Positions 32,233 through 42,018 of a stretch of 64,000 nucleotides of DNA are shown here, piece after piece. The translations under genes were made by a program, and so were the position numbers. Origin of the DNA: an uncultured Chthonomonadaceae bacterium (GTDB taxonomy: Bacteria > Armatimonadota > Chthonomonadetes > Chthonomonadales > Chthonomonadaceae); contig CAWIEK010000011.1 of the NCBI GenBank assembly GCA_963835065.1, positions 96,001 to 160,000 on the forward strand. Reading direction: 5' to 3'. Within the stretch, counting starts at the first letter, position 1. Every line of letters starts with the position of its first letter. The notes under the pieces are model-generated. The model was given only the letters and a program-made list of their open reading frames with translations. It had not been told where the DNA came from and did no database searches.

Positions 32233-32305
32233 TGGGGTCGGGCGGAATCGAACCGTCGACACGCGCCTTAGGAGAGCGCTGCTCTATCCCCTGAGCTACG
32301 ACCCC
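32233..32305 (-). tRNA. tRNA-Arg(CCT)
   Basis: GGGGTCGTAGCTCAG...GCGCT-CTCCTAA-GGCGC...GGTTCGATTCC. Confidence 0.95.
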
Positions 32306-32417
32306 GCAAAAACAGCAGTAAAATCACGTTTATTGGACATAAATTCTTCTAAAACAAACGCCCTGCTGCCGGAGCAGAAACAGGGGCGTTTACAGAACCA
32401 TTGGTTTTTGCAGAGAA

Positions 32418-32490
32418 TACGCCCGGAGGGACTTGAACCCCCGGCCTACAGGTCCGCAACCTGTCGCTCTATCCACTGAGCTACGGGCGC
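32418..32490 (-). tRNA. tRNA-Arg(GCG)
   Basis: GCGCCCGTAGCTCAGTGGATAGAGC-G-ACAGG-TTGCGGA-CCTGT...GGTTCAAGTCC. Confidence 0.93.
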
Positions 32491-32608
32491 ATAGTGTTCA
32501 AACTACGAAACAGCAACTTAAACGCTTTTAGTATACGGGCAATCGCTTTGTTTGTCAAGGCATTTGACAGGATTTCCTGTTCCCCGCCCGTACCGAACCC
32601 TGCAACAA

Positions 32609-33724
32609 TCAGGCCGGCGTTCCCGTGACCTCGCGCACGGCTTCTTTGGCCGCTTCCTTCACCGCTTCCTTGATGGCTTTGGTTTCCGGCGTTTCCGGCA
32701 GCGATTCCAGCAGAATGTCCTTGATGGCTTCCTTGACGGCTTCCTTGACTTGCAGGGGAGACAAAATTGTGGCTTCTGTCGGTGGCGTTGGCGGCAAGGT
32801 TTCGGCATCAGGCGGGGTTTCTTCCTCTATGATTTCCGCTTCCGTTAAAGGCACGTCCTGCCGGTTTTTAATGCGCCCCCAATCCGCCTCGAACGTGGAC
32901 TGCACCTTCTGTATGATGTCTTTGTCGTCCAGCAAAACGCCCACTTCGCGCCGCTGATCCAGTTCCAGCGTCCGCAAACTCTGGCTGCCCAAATACATCT
33001 GTTCGCCGTCGCGGACAATGGCCTGCGCGTGGAGGCGCATATCGAGCGGCGCAACCACAATGCCGGGCGCGTGTTTGCCCGCTTTGCCGATGACCCGTAT
33101 TTCCACGCCGTCTTTCGCCTTTTGCGTCAGCAGGCGCATCATGTCGGGATCGGACAGCTTGCCGTCGTAAATCAGCAGTTGGCGCTTGGCGTTTTGAATG
33201 AATTGTGTTAGTTGCGCCCGCGAATTGCCGGGGCTGACCAGAAACGTGTCGCAATTCGGCGAGTAGGTTTGGCGCGTGGCGTCCGCGAGGAACAGCTTTT
33301 CGGCTTCTTCGACCCATTCCGGCTTTTCTGTCGCAATGCCGAAGCTGCGGCTGCGCTCGATGTCAATGTAGGTATAATTGAAGCCGAGCATGAACAATTT
33401 GCGCCGGTCAATGATCATCAGCTTGTCGTGGTAGCGCACCAGATCGGTGGCTGTGCGGGCGACGCTCACGCCATCTGAGAGCAGGCGCATTTCCAGATTG
33501 CGCAGCGTCCGTTCGCCGCCCTGTCCCGTGCTGGTATACGCGACAAGGGCATGCACGAACACGCCACGCCGGGCTGCGCGGGATAAAGCGGCTTCGATTT
33601 CTCCCCGGTCAAACCGAAAAATAACGATTTGAATGGTTTCTTTGGCCTGATCAATACCGGCTAAGAGGGGCTTGATGCCTGTTCCCGGCTGCGTCAATAG
33701 TTCCACGTCGGCTTCCCTGCTCAC
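32609..33724 (-). CDS. Phospholipase D superfamily protein
   Basis: YHDKLMIID (HKD) and degenerate LHAQAIVRD second motif. Confidence 0.8.
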   Translation of the reverse strand: MSREADVELLTQPGTGIKPLLAGIDQAKETIQIVIFRFDRGEIEAALSRAARRGVFVHALVAYTSTGQGGERTLRNLEMRLLSDGVSVARTATDLVRYHDKLMIIDRRKLFMLGFNYTYIDIERSRSFGIATEKPEWVEEAEKLFLADATRQTYSPNCDTFLVSPGNSRAQLTQFIQNAKRQLLIYDGKLSDPDMMRLLTQKAKDGVEIRVIGKAGKHAPGIVVAPLDMRLHAQAIVRDGEQMYLGSQSLRTLELDQRREVGVLLDDKDIIQKVQSTFEADWGRIKNRQDVPLTEAEIIEEETPPDAETLPPTPPTEATILSPLQVKEAVKEAIKDILLESLPETPETKAIKEAVKEAAKEAVREVTGTPA

Positions 33725-33806
33725 TTGGGTTTTCTCACGGATGGCTTGCGAAGGATGTTTACAGATTATACTAATAGGGGTATCAGAAGTTCAGCATACT
33801 CCAGGA

Positions 33807-33860
33807 GTGGGCTTGATGAATCAAGCCCCAAGAGCGGGCTTGATTCATCAAGCCCCTACG
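33807..33860. repeat. REP-like palindrome pair
   Basis: GGGCTTGATGAATCAAGCCC and GGGCTTGATTCATCAAGCCCCTAC. Confidence 0.75.
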
Positions 33861-33890
33861 ATGTGAACTTTTTACGCGCTGTTTAGTATA

Positions 33891-34475
33891 CTACGCGCGG
33901 CGCAGGGGTTCTACACCCGGCTTTGCGGCTTTCGGCTTGATAAACTGAACGATCAGCAGCAGCAGAGCAAACAGCGCGATGTAAATGCCGGTTGCCGTCC
34001 ATGCCAGTTCAATGGAGTTCAGGCCACAGGCCATGCCCGCGAGAATGGCGAACAGCAGGGACGCATTGATGCTTTTTTGGTCCAGCTTGACGCGGAAGCG
34101 AACGAGGGCGATGGCGGCGGCAATGGCAAAGGCGCGGGCCAGATTGTCGTTGACAAGCAGCATCAGCCCGGTCAGCCCGACGCACAAAAACAGCAGGTTG
34201 GATGCGCCCAAAAACTGCTGCAAGGTTTCGTCCTTACTGCCGATTTTGGCCTTCACTTTCGTAGGCGAACTGCCGCTCCCATCGTCGTCATCGTCGTCAT
34301 CTGTGTCGGGCGTGAATTGCGCTTCATAGCCGCTCAGATACTTCATTTCTACAAAGGTGGTAAGCACGAGAACGAAGCCGATCCCAACCGCGTTGAGCAA
34401 GAGCATCAGCATGTGCTGATAAGACATTTGGGTCAGGTTTGTGGCGGAATCCGAGAATTTTGCTAGTTTGTTCAT
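33891..34475 (-). CDS. DUF4956-like membrane protein
   Basis: NLARAFAIAAAIALVRFR, GMACG. Confidence 0.7.
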   Translation of the reverse strand: MNKLAKFSDSATNLTQMSYQHMLMLLLNAVGIGFVLVLTTFVEMKYLSGYEAQFTPDTDDDDDDDGSGSSPTKVKAKIGSKDETLQQFLGASNLLFLCVGLTGLMLLVNDNLARAFAIAAAIALVRFRVKLDQKSINASLLFAILAGMACGLNSIELAWTATGIYIALFALLLLIVQFIKPKAAKPGVEPLRRA

Positions 34476-34826
34476 AGATGGTCGCTCAGAATGGTTGTTT
34501 GGAAAATTGTGGTTAATGGCCGTTTTGGTATAGGAAGGTAACAGACGGAAACAAGGCATAAAGGTTCGCGCAACAATTGCCTTGCCGCTTGCATAGTGGA
34601 AGGACGCAGCAGGAGGTAAGTATTGTTCCCATGTTACCGTTCCAGTGATTACGAGAAAATCGGGTATTGTGTTCTTGAAAACTGCCACGCCATGAAACAC
34701 AGTTTTAACGCCGTAAAAGTACCGGCGAGGCAGCGACATCAAATACAAAGCGCTAAAATAAATGGAAAAGTTCGTTTGTGGCGCGACACTTTTTGAGTAG
34801 TCGGCGCGTCGTGACAGGGGAGGGGC

Positions 34827-35399
34827 ATGGTGGCAGAAGGGCGAGACGGAAGCGCGCTGCAACGCGAAACCGCGTATGAGCGGCGACTGATAGCTCGCTT
34901 ACAGGCGGGGGAACCGGAAGCGCTGGGCATTTTGTTCGAGATGCACGTAGAGCGCGTGTTCGCGTTTGCGCGGCATCTGCTCGGCAACCGCGAGGATGCC
35001 GAAGAAGTAACCTCGGAAGCGTTTCTGCGCGCTTTTGAACGCGCGGCTTCGTTTCGGGGCGAGTGTCCGTTTCGTGGCTGGCTGTTCGGCATCACGCGCA
35101 ACCTGTGTTTAGACCGCCTGCGGCAGCCCCGGCTATTACTTCTGGAACCGGAAACAACGGAGCGAATCACGGATGAGGGGCGACAATCGGCGCAGATGGA
35201 AACGGGTGTGCTGGTGCGCCGCGTCCTGTCGGAACTGGAACCGGAGTACCAACTCGTGCTAAGGCTGTGCGACGTGGAAGAATGGGACGCGAAGGACGTG
35301 GCGCTGGCAATGGAAAAAACACTGGCGGCCACCAAATCCCTGCTGTACCGCGCCCGCCGCGCTCTGCGGACGCGCTTAACGGAGTTGTGGGGGGAGTGA
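34827..35399 (+). CDS. ECF sigma factor
   Basis: DAEEVTSEAFLRA, FRGWLFGITRNLCLD, KSLLYRAR. Confidence 0.92.
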   Translation: MVAEGRDGSALQRETAYERRLIARLQAGEPEALGILFEMHVERVFAFARHLLGNREDAEEVTSEAFLRAFERAASFRGECPFRGWLFGITRNLCLDRLRQPRLLLLEPETTERITDEGRQSAQMETGVLVRRVLSELEPEYQLVLRLCDVEEWDAKDVALAMEKTLAATKSLLYRARRALRTRLTELWGE

Positions 35400-35514
35400 G
35401 GCATGTAGGCATTAGGCATTAGGCATCAGGAACACGCTGTTCTCTGTACCTTTACCAGTGCTTTGGTTGCCGCTCCAGCATCTACTAATGCCTAATGCCT
35501 AATGCCTAATGCCT
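35399..35514. repeat. (TAGGCAT)n-spacer-(ATGCCTA)n hairpin between sigma and anti-sigma genes
   Basis: taggcattaggcattaggcat ... taatgcctaatgcctaatgcctaatgcct, ~54-nt spacer. Confidence 0.88.
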
Positions 35515-35529
35515 TCTCAGGAGGTAGCG

Positions 35530-35838
35530 ATGCGCTGCGACGAACTGCGAGATTTGCTGGATTTGCACATGGACGGAGATCTGCCGACGGAAACGGCGCG
35601 TAAGATGGAGCGGCATCTGCTGCGCTGTCAGACGTGCGCCGCCGACCTGCATACGCTTCAGCAGTCGCGGGCGATGCTGCGCGAAGCGGAACCGGTTTCG
35701 GTAACCACATCCTCGTTCCGGGAACGGACGCTGGCGCGGCTGCTCGACAACTTTGCGCCCCATGCGCGGAAGAATGTTGTCAATGGCAGGCAATGGACGC
35801 TGCCGTTTCGGGACGAAGCCGACAAGCCGCAATCTTGA
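35530..35838 (+). CDS. zf-HC2 anti-sigma factor (soluble)
   Basis: MRCDE...HLLRCQTC; GGAGG RBS. Confidence 0.85.
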   Translation: MRCDELRDLLDLHMDGDLPTETARKMERHLLRCQTCAADLHTLQQSRAMLREAEPVSVTTSSFRERTLARLLDNFAPHARKNVVNGRQWTLPFRDEADKPQS

Positions 35839-36042
35839 ACAATAGGGCACGGCGGTTATAAGGCGGGCGTTACGGCGTTTGACTTTCGCGCCGACTTGCT
35901 GGTACAGTAGCTTGCCTGAATTACAGGCCATTCGTGAGGGTGGGTTCTCCGATACGAAGAGAATAGGGGACGATGTTGTCCTTGCATAGCGCTTGCGTCA
36001 CCATATTCAATCATGCGGTGACGCTTTGACGAGACTGAAAGG

Positions 36043-36936
36043 ATGGCATCTGTGAACCGATTTATTTCCCGCCGTCAGGGTTTTACCCTGATCGAACTGC
36101 TCGTGGTCATCGCCATTATTGCGATTCTGGCCGCGATTTTATTCCCCGTGTTTGCGCAGGCGCGCGCCAAAGCGCGGCAGACGTCGTGTTTGTCCAACAC
36201 CAAGCAGATGGGCACCGCCGTTCAAATGTACGTTCAGGATTACGACGAGCAGCTTCCGGGCTATCGCTTCAACGGCCCGTCTGGTTCCAACCTCAATCCG
36301 TATGCCAGTGATGCCCGCGTCGGCTCGTCGGCCAAAGACGTGATTTTTATCAACCAACTGCTGAACGCCTACATCAAGAACGATGATGTGTGGAAATGCC
36401 CGTCCGGGATCAACCAGTGGGTCAACATTGACAACAAGACCGGCGCGACGGGAGCCTTTCAAAGCTACGGCGGCGAGAACTCCTACGCGATGAGCAATTA
36501 TCTGTTCCGTTCCAACTCCGGCCTGAGCATTGCCGCTATTTCCGCTTCTGCCAGCACCGTCGGCATGGTGGACGCGACCTATTACAACACGCTGCCGCAC
36601 GGTCCCAGGCAGGCTGCCGGTCCCTGCCGACTGAAAGGTGAAACGTATGGTACGCCCGCCTCACCCGTAGACCCGACAGCCAACACGTACCCGTACTACT
36701 GGAAGAACATGGGTAACAGTCTGTACAACTTCACGACGGGCAGCAACAACCCGGATGATTCGACCAACGCGCAGGTGCTTTCCGACGGCAAAGCGCGTCA
36801 CAGCGGGCAGCTCAACGTGATGTTTATGGACGGACACAGCAAGTCCTATCCGTATGACCGCCTCGTGTTCGATCCCGATTTGGTTGTGGGCGGCACGTCC
36901 AGCGTCTGGGACCCCTACAAACTTGGCTGCCAGTAA
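36043..36936 (+). CDS. Prepilin-type N-terminal cleavage / H-X9-DG protein (DUF1559-like)
   Basis: [43 protein letters not shown]. Confidence 0.92.
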   Translation: MASVNRFISRRQGFTLIELLVVIAIIAILAAILFPVFAQARAKARQTSCLSNTKQMGTAVQMYVQDYDEQLPGYRFNGPSGSNLNPYASDARVGSSAKDVIFINQLLNAYIKNDDVWKCPSGINQWVNIDNKTGATGAFQSYGGENSYAMSNYLFRSNSGLSIAAISASASTVGMVDATYYNTLPHGPRQAAGPCRLKGETYGTPASPVDPTANTYPYYWKNMGNSLYNFTTGSNNPDDSTNAQVLSDGKARHSGQLNVMFMDGHSKSYPYDRLVFDPDLVVGGTSSVWDPYKLGCQ

Positions 36937-36957
36937 ACATCAGCGTGAATTGACTTG

Positions 36958-36996
36958 AAAAGTAGTCTCTACGAACATTCGTGGAGACTACTTTTT
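36958..36996. terminator. Bidirectional intrinsic terminator
   Basis: AAAAGTAGTCTCTACGAA-CA-TTCGTGGAGACTACTTTTT. Confidence 0.85.
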
Positions 36997-37021
36997 ACTG
37001 AGGCTGCAATTCTCCTGAATG

Positions 37022-37219
37022 CAATGCCGTTCCAAATAAGACGATTCTCACCTCAAAAAGAACGTTGTAGGGGCACAACATGTTGTGCCCTCTTCCTGCG
37101 GTGTTGTGCCCTCTTCCTTTACTATAGGGGCGGGCACGGTTTAGAAACGGGGGCACAACATATTAAGAGCGCGGGCACAACATGTTGTGCCCCTACGAAC
37201 TCTTATTTGAACGGTATTG
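37022..37219. mobile_element. MITE with terminal inverted repeats, flanking direct repeat and internal REP palindromes
   Basis: Ends CAATGCCGTTCCAAATAAG / CTTATTTGAACGGTATTG; CTCCTGAAT at 37012-37020 and 37220-37228; GGGCACAACATGTTGTGCCC copies inside. Confidence 0.8.
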
Positions 37220-37254
37220 CTCCTGAATTATTCAGATAGAAGTCCATGAAGTTT

Positions 37255-38610
37255 TTACGTTGTGACGGTATCCGGTTTGTGTTCCTTTTCGGGGGTGGCA
37301 ATGGGCGTCAGGCGAACGCGGCGGATACGGCGTCCGGCTAATTCCGCCACTTCCGCCTGCCAGTCGCCAAGCCGGGTTGTGTCGCCAATTTTGGGGTTGC
37401 CGGGGAGGGAAGCAAGGACGTAGCCGCCGATAGTTTCGATGTCGGGTACTTCGACGCCGATGTTGTAATCCCGCACCAGACGCGCCAGCGTCACTTTGTA
37501 ATCCACGAGATACGAGCCGTCCGGCAGAGGATGGATTTCGGGCAGGCTGGGTGTGAATTCCTGCTGAATTTCGCCTACCAGTTCCTCCAAAACATCCTCC
37601 AGCGTGACCACGCCAGCCGTTACGCCGTACTCGTCCTGCACAATCGCCATTTCCATGCGCCCGGCGCGAAAATCATCCAGCATGGCATCCAGCGATTTGA
37701 TTTCCGGCACGAACATCACCGGGCCGCACAATCCTTCCAGCCGCGCCGCCGGTTGATCAGGCTTCCATTGATCGGTTTCCCACGCCAGCGCCAGCAGATC
37801 GCGCACATGGACGCGCCCGATGACGTTTTCCAGATCGCCCCGGCAGACGGGGAAACGCGCGTAACTTGTCTGCTGTACGATGTCCAGAATTTGCTTCATG
37901 GGCTGTTCCAGCGTCAAAAACACCACTTCCGGGCGCGGCGTCATTACGTCGCGCACTTTGCCCCGGCCAAAGTGAAACGCGCGGTCTGCAATCTCTTCGG
38001 CCACTTCAGGGATCGCCCGCGCTTCCTGCGAGTCGGACAACACGCGGCGCAGTTCGTCTTCGGAAAACGCCGCTTCATTTTCGCCCATAGGCTCCACGCC
38101 AAGCGGCTTGAGCAGCATTGTGCCCGATGAGGTTATCAGGCGCACGAGCGGATAAAAGGCGCGGTAAAATAGTTCAAAGGGAACGGCGGTCAGGAGTGCG
38201 ATTCGATCCGGCTTGCCGATAGCCACCCATTTCGGCCCCAATTCCCCGAAGATAATATGCAGGTAGGTGATAAGCGTAAACGCGACGGCAACGCCGATGA
38301 TGTTGGCGGCAACCGTGCTTGTCACCGGCTCCAGATGGGCATGAAACCAGGGTTCGATGGCGTGGGCAATCGCCGGCTCACCGACAGAACCCAATCCCAA
38401 ACTGGCAAGCGTGACGCCAAGCTGCGAAGCCGTCAGGTACGCTTCGAGGTCGCCTTTGATGCGCTGCACAATCAGCGCCGAGCGGACGCCCTGCTCCACC
38501 AGTTCCTCAATGCGCGTCCGGCGCACCGTGACAACCGAGTATTCGGCGGCCACGAAAAAGGCGTTGAGCAATACCAGCGCGATGGCCGCTGCAATTCCCC
38601 AGGATGACAT
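37255..38610 (-). CDS. Hemolysin-family CNNM/CBS/CorC protein
   Basis: NAFFVAAEY, GELGPK, VMTPR, DEYG..AG..TLEDVLEELVGEI. Confidence 0.92.
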   Translation of the reverse strand: MSSWGIAAAIALVLLNAFFVAAEYSVVTVRRTRIEELVEQGVRSALIVQRIKGDLEAYLTASQLGVTLASLGLGSVGEPAIAHAIEPWFHAHLEPVTSTVAANIIGVAVAFTLITYLHIIFGELGPKWVAIGKPDRIALLTAVPFELFYRAFYPLVRLITSSGTMLLKPLGVEPMGENEAAFSEDELRRVLSDSQEARAIPEVAEEIADRAFHFGRGKVRDVMTPRPEVVFLTLEQPMKQILDIVQQTSYARFPVCRGDLENVIGRVHVRDLLALAWETDQWKPDQPAARLEGLCGPVMFVPEIKSLDAMLDDFRAGRMEMAIVQDEYGVTAGVVTLEDVLEELVGEIQQEFTPSLPEIHPLPDGSYLVDYKVTLARLVRDYNIGVEVPDIETIGGYVLASLPGNPKIGDTTRLGDWQAEVAELAGRRIRRVRLTPIATPEKEHKPDTVTT

Positions 38611-38620
38611 GAAAACTCCA

Positions 38621-38726
38621 AGTAGGGTTTTAGGGTTGTAAGGTTTTAGGTTGTTAGGGGAGATGCTGTGTTGATAACGGCCATCATTTTATATACACCT
38701 AGAACCCTAAAACCTTACAACCCTAC
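38621..38726. repeat. (AGGGTTTT)-type 8-mer hairpin
   Basis: gtagggttttagggttgtaaggttttagg ... cctagaaccctaaaaccttacaaccctac. Confidence 0.75.
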
Positions 38727-38733
38727 CAAATGA

Positions 38734-39595
38734 TTATTCTTGTTGATCGGCGCGTAACAGCTGTTCGGGCGGCGTTTGCTGATGCTCGGCGGCGCTCGTC
38801 GAAGCGCGGAGCAGCACGTCGGGTGCGGATGTGCGCGCGTCGGCAGGCCGCAAATAGGTCGCGCCCCGCCGGTGTTCTTCCGATTTCTCGAACAGAAAGC
38901 GGAAGGCAGTTGTTCGCGGCTTCCCGTATCGCATTGTCGGACGACCACTTTGCCAATTTTTGTACGGCAGGCAACGCCTCCTTATCGCCAATCTGCTCCA
39001 AAGCTTTCAGGATGGCAAGAATTAACTCTTTGTCATAGTTCCAACTGTTGAAACGCGCGCGGGAAAGGATTCTGTACAGGCAGGCGCGTTGTTCTTTACT
39101 GAGCAAATGCGCGTCGGAAGCCTTCAGTTTCGGCAGCGAACGGCGCAAAGCGGAAGCAACCGATGGCTGAGGCGCTGACTTTTCGGCGTCCAGTAACTGC
39201 GCTAAAGGCCCAATGAGGCGAACATCATCAATCTGCTCCATAAGAGAACGCGCTTTTGCTTCCTGTCGCACTGCGAACATACGAAACAACGGAAACAGGA
39301 ACGAGACAAGCAAAATAGTTGCAACGTGAAATGCGGTGGAACCAATCAGGCCGAAGGTAACGACCATCAACCCCACAAAGCAGAGCAGCAATCCACTGAC
39401 AACATGGGCCAGCCCTCGCGCGGCTGCCTGACGGTGGTGTTGGTGAATAATGGCTTTCGTCCGCGCGAGATTTTGCTCCGAACTCTCAGAAGACTGCATA
39501 TCCGTCTCCTCAACTTCTATATCCTGCGTCTGCGGCGGCGTGGATTGCCACGTATTTACTTCTTCTAGTTCTTCCTGTTGGGTTTGCTGCATCAT
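38734..39595 (-). CDS. Membrane protein with HEAT-like repeats; frameshift near the 3' end
   Basis: AILKALEQIGDKEALPAVQKLA; C-terminus continues in the 38734-38991 frame (YLRPA...LLRAS...LLRAD). Confidence 0.65.
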
Positions 39596-39807
39596 CTTAA
39601 TTATTTCTCAGATTACCGGATTTTTAGTGAAAATGTGCAAATCGCCTGCACTTTGGGCAAGGAAGCAGGGAAAACCGCTTCTTGTGGTGAAAAGCACCGC
39701 TTGAATATAGATTACGCACTCTTGTTGATTCTTCCTGCCGGTTGGGTTGAGAAGATTGAGACGGGCGCGTTTGACGAATTAAGAATACGAGGAGGTAGGA
39801 CCCCATC

Positions 39808-41871
39808 ATGGCTGATGAATCTTCCGCCGCGTCCACGCTGACGGCTGCGCAACTGGTTGCGGATCGGTATCGCCAGATACATCTGGATTTTCATACGTCG
39901 CCCTTGATCCCGGATGTCGGCGCGGAGTTCGACGCCGAGCGGTTTGCCGATACGCTTGCCGATGCCCGCGTCAACTGGGTCACGTTGTTCGGGAAATGCC
40001 ATCATGGGATGAGCTATTATCCGACCAAAGCCAAATTGGGCATGATGCACCCCGGCTTGAAGTTCGATCTGTTGGGCGCGCAAATCGAAGCCTGCAAGAA
40101 GCGGGGGATTGCTACGCCCGTATACATTTCGGCGCGCGTGGATCAGCACATCGGCATGACGCGCCCCGACCTGCTGTGCCGATTGGAAGACGGCAAATTG
40201 TGGGGGCCGGCGTACAACGAAGCCAAATGGTATCAGGTGTGCCTGAATAACACGGAGTACATTGACTACCTTGCCGAGCAAACGCGGGAAGTGTTCGCCA
40301 ATTATGACGCGGACGGCATCTTTTACGATATGTGCTATTACCCGCCCGACCCCGGCTGTTTTTGCGAAAAATGCCTTGCGCGACTGGAAGCGAACGGACA
40401 TAAGCGTGACGATAAAGCCGCGCACCGCCGCCAAACGTTCCAAATCCTGCGCGAATACAGCACCCGGCTTGCCTCCTTGTGCAAGGAACTTCGCCCCAAC
40501 GCCACCACCTTTTTCAACTCCCGCGTCACGCCCAACGTACACCGGGAACTGGATGTGCTGACGCATCTGGAAATCGAATCCCTGACGACGGGCGGGTGGG
40601 GCTATCTGTATTTCCCGTGCCATTCGCGCGTTGTCCGAACCTATGACCGACCCTTGCAGGGCATGACCGCCCGGTTCCACAAATCGTGGGCGGATTTCGG
40701 CGGCCTGAAAACAACCGCGCAACTGCATTATGAAGCCGCGACGATTCTGGCTGCAAACGGCGTTCTCAACATCGGCGACCAACTGCACCCGCGCGGCACA
40801 CTGGACACAGGCGCGTATCAGGTCATTGGCGACACTTTTAAGAAGGTGGAAGCGGTTGAGGAATACTGCCGCAACGCCCGTCCGCTTGCCGACATCGCCG
40901 TACTGCTGCTGCCCGACAATCAGGACATTGCCGAAAATGGTGAGCAGGACACGCGCGGTATGGTGAAGATGGACACCAACATCGAGGGCGCGGCTGCCGT
41001 CCTTGCCGCCTTGAAGCACCAGTGGAACGGCGAAACGCCCGACCGAGACAACCTGAACAACTACAAAGTGGTTATCATTCCCGACAAAGGCTATGTGTCA
41101 CCGGAAATGCGCGTTCGTCTGGAAGCGTTTCTGAGGAATGGCGGCAAAATCCTGTTTTCGCATGAGGCCGGATTGCAGGATGGACAATTCAACATCCCCA
41201 ATTCGCCCGTTCGCTATATCCGCGAGTGTCCCTACACGCCTTCCTATATGAAACTTGGCGACGTGTTAGGAGCCGGTCTGCCGGACAGCGAGTTCGTCAA
41301 CTATCGCGCCGGTTCCTATGTGGAAGCCGTTGAGGTAAGAACCGCGCTCGGCCAGGTACTGGAGCCGTACTTCAACCGCGCTCCTGAACATTTCTCCTCC
41401 CATGCGCAAACGCCACACGATAAGTTGACAGACTTTCCCGTCGCCGTAATCGGGCCTTACGATGCCAGCGCGTACATTTATGCCGCCGTGTTTCGGGGAT
41501 ACCGCGAAGACGCCTTCTTCGTCTATAAAGAAATCATCGGGCGGGTGCTGAAACGACTGCTTCCCGAACCCTTAGTGCGTCCGGGGCAGAACGTGTCGCC
41601 CGCTATGGAAATCGCCGTACTGAGCCAGCCGTCTCACAACCGGCTTGTCGCGCATGTCGTCAACTTCCAGCCGCAGCGCCGCACGTCCACCAACGAGTTC
41701 ATCGAAGAAGCCACGCCCGTCAACAACATCACCTTCGCCGTCCGCACCCAAACCGCGCCAACGCGCGTGACTGCTCGTTCCTTCCGGCGAAGAGATCGCG
41801 TTCGAGCAGCAGGGTTCGTACTGCCAACTAACGCTGCCCGTCCTTTTGACGCAGCAGATTGTTGCTTTTGA
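39808..41871 (+). CDS. Putative glycoside hydrolase (GHL6/alpha-fucosidase-like with trimerisation domain)
   Basis: RQIHLDFHTS, FGKCHHG.SYYPT, DGIFYD, RFHKSWADFGG; probable frameshift ~41770. Confidence 0.8.
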   Translation: MADESSAASTLTAAQLVADRYRQIHLDFHTSPLIPDVGAEFDAERFADTLADARVNWVTLFGKCHHGMSYYPTKAKLGMMHPGLKFDLLGAQIEACKKRGIATPVYISARVDQHIGMTRPDLLCRLEDGKLWGPAYNEAKWYQVCLNNTEYIDYLAEQTREVFANYDADGIFYDMCYYPPDPGCFCEKCLARLEANGHKRDDKAAHRRQTFQILREYSTRLASLCKELRPNATTFFNSRVTPNVHRELDVLTHLEIESLTTGGWGYLYFPCHSRVVRTYDRPLQGMTARFHKSWADFGGLKTTAQLHYEAATILAANGVLNIGDQLHPRGTLDTGAYQVIGDTFKKVEAVEEYCRNARPLADIAVLLLPDNQDIAENGEQDTRGMVKMDTNIEGAAAVLAALKHQWNGETPDRDNLNNYKVVIIPDKGYVSPEMRVRLEAFLRNGGKILFSHEAGLQDGQFNIPNSPVRYIRECPYTPSYMKLGDVLGAGLPDSEFVNYRAGSYVEAVEVRTALGQVLEPYFNRAPEHFSSHAQTPHDKLTDFPVAVIGPYDASAYIYAAVFRGYREDAFFVYKEIIGRVLKRLLPEPLVRPGQNVSPAMEIAVLSQPSHNRLVAHVVNFQPQRRTSTNEFIEEATPVNNITFAVRTQTAPTRVTARSFRRRDRVRAAGFVLPTNAARPFDAADCCF

Positions 41872-42018
41872 GGGTGTGAGTGTGTAAGCACATAAGTGTA
41901 AGCAAGCCATAAGCAGGAACATTGCGGCGGCTTTGACTGTAATTCATGCGCGGCAGTTACCAATTGCCGCGCAGAAAACAAAAACAGGGTTTATCCAAAC
42001 CCAAATGGAGAACAGAGA

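Noticed and set aside
32188..32262. N-terminal extension of the HNH ORF as given in the track
   Set aside because: Overlaps tRNA-Arg(CCT); the downstream TTG start is preferred
31509..32490. Prophage or integrative element at the tRNAs
   Set aside because: No integrase, phage genes or duplicated tRNA 3' end seen
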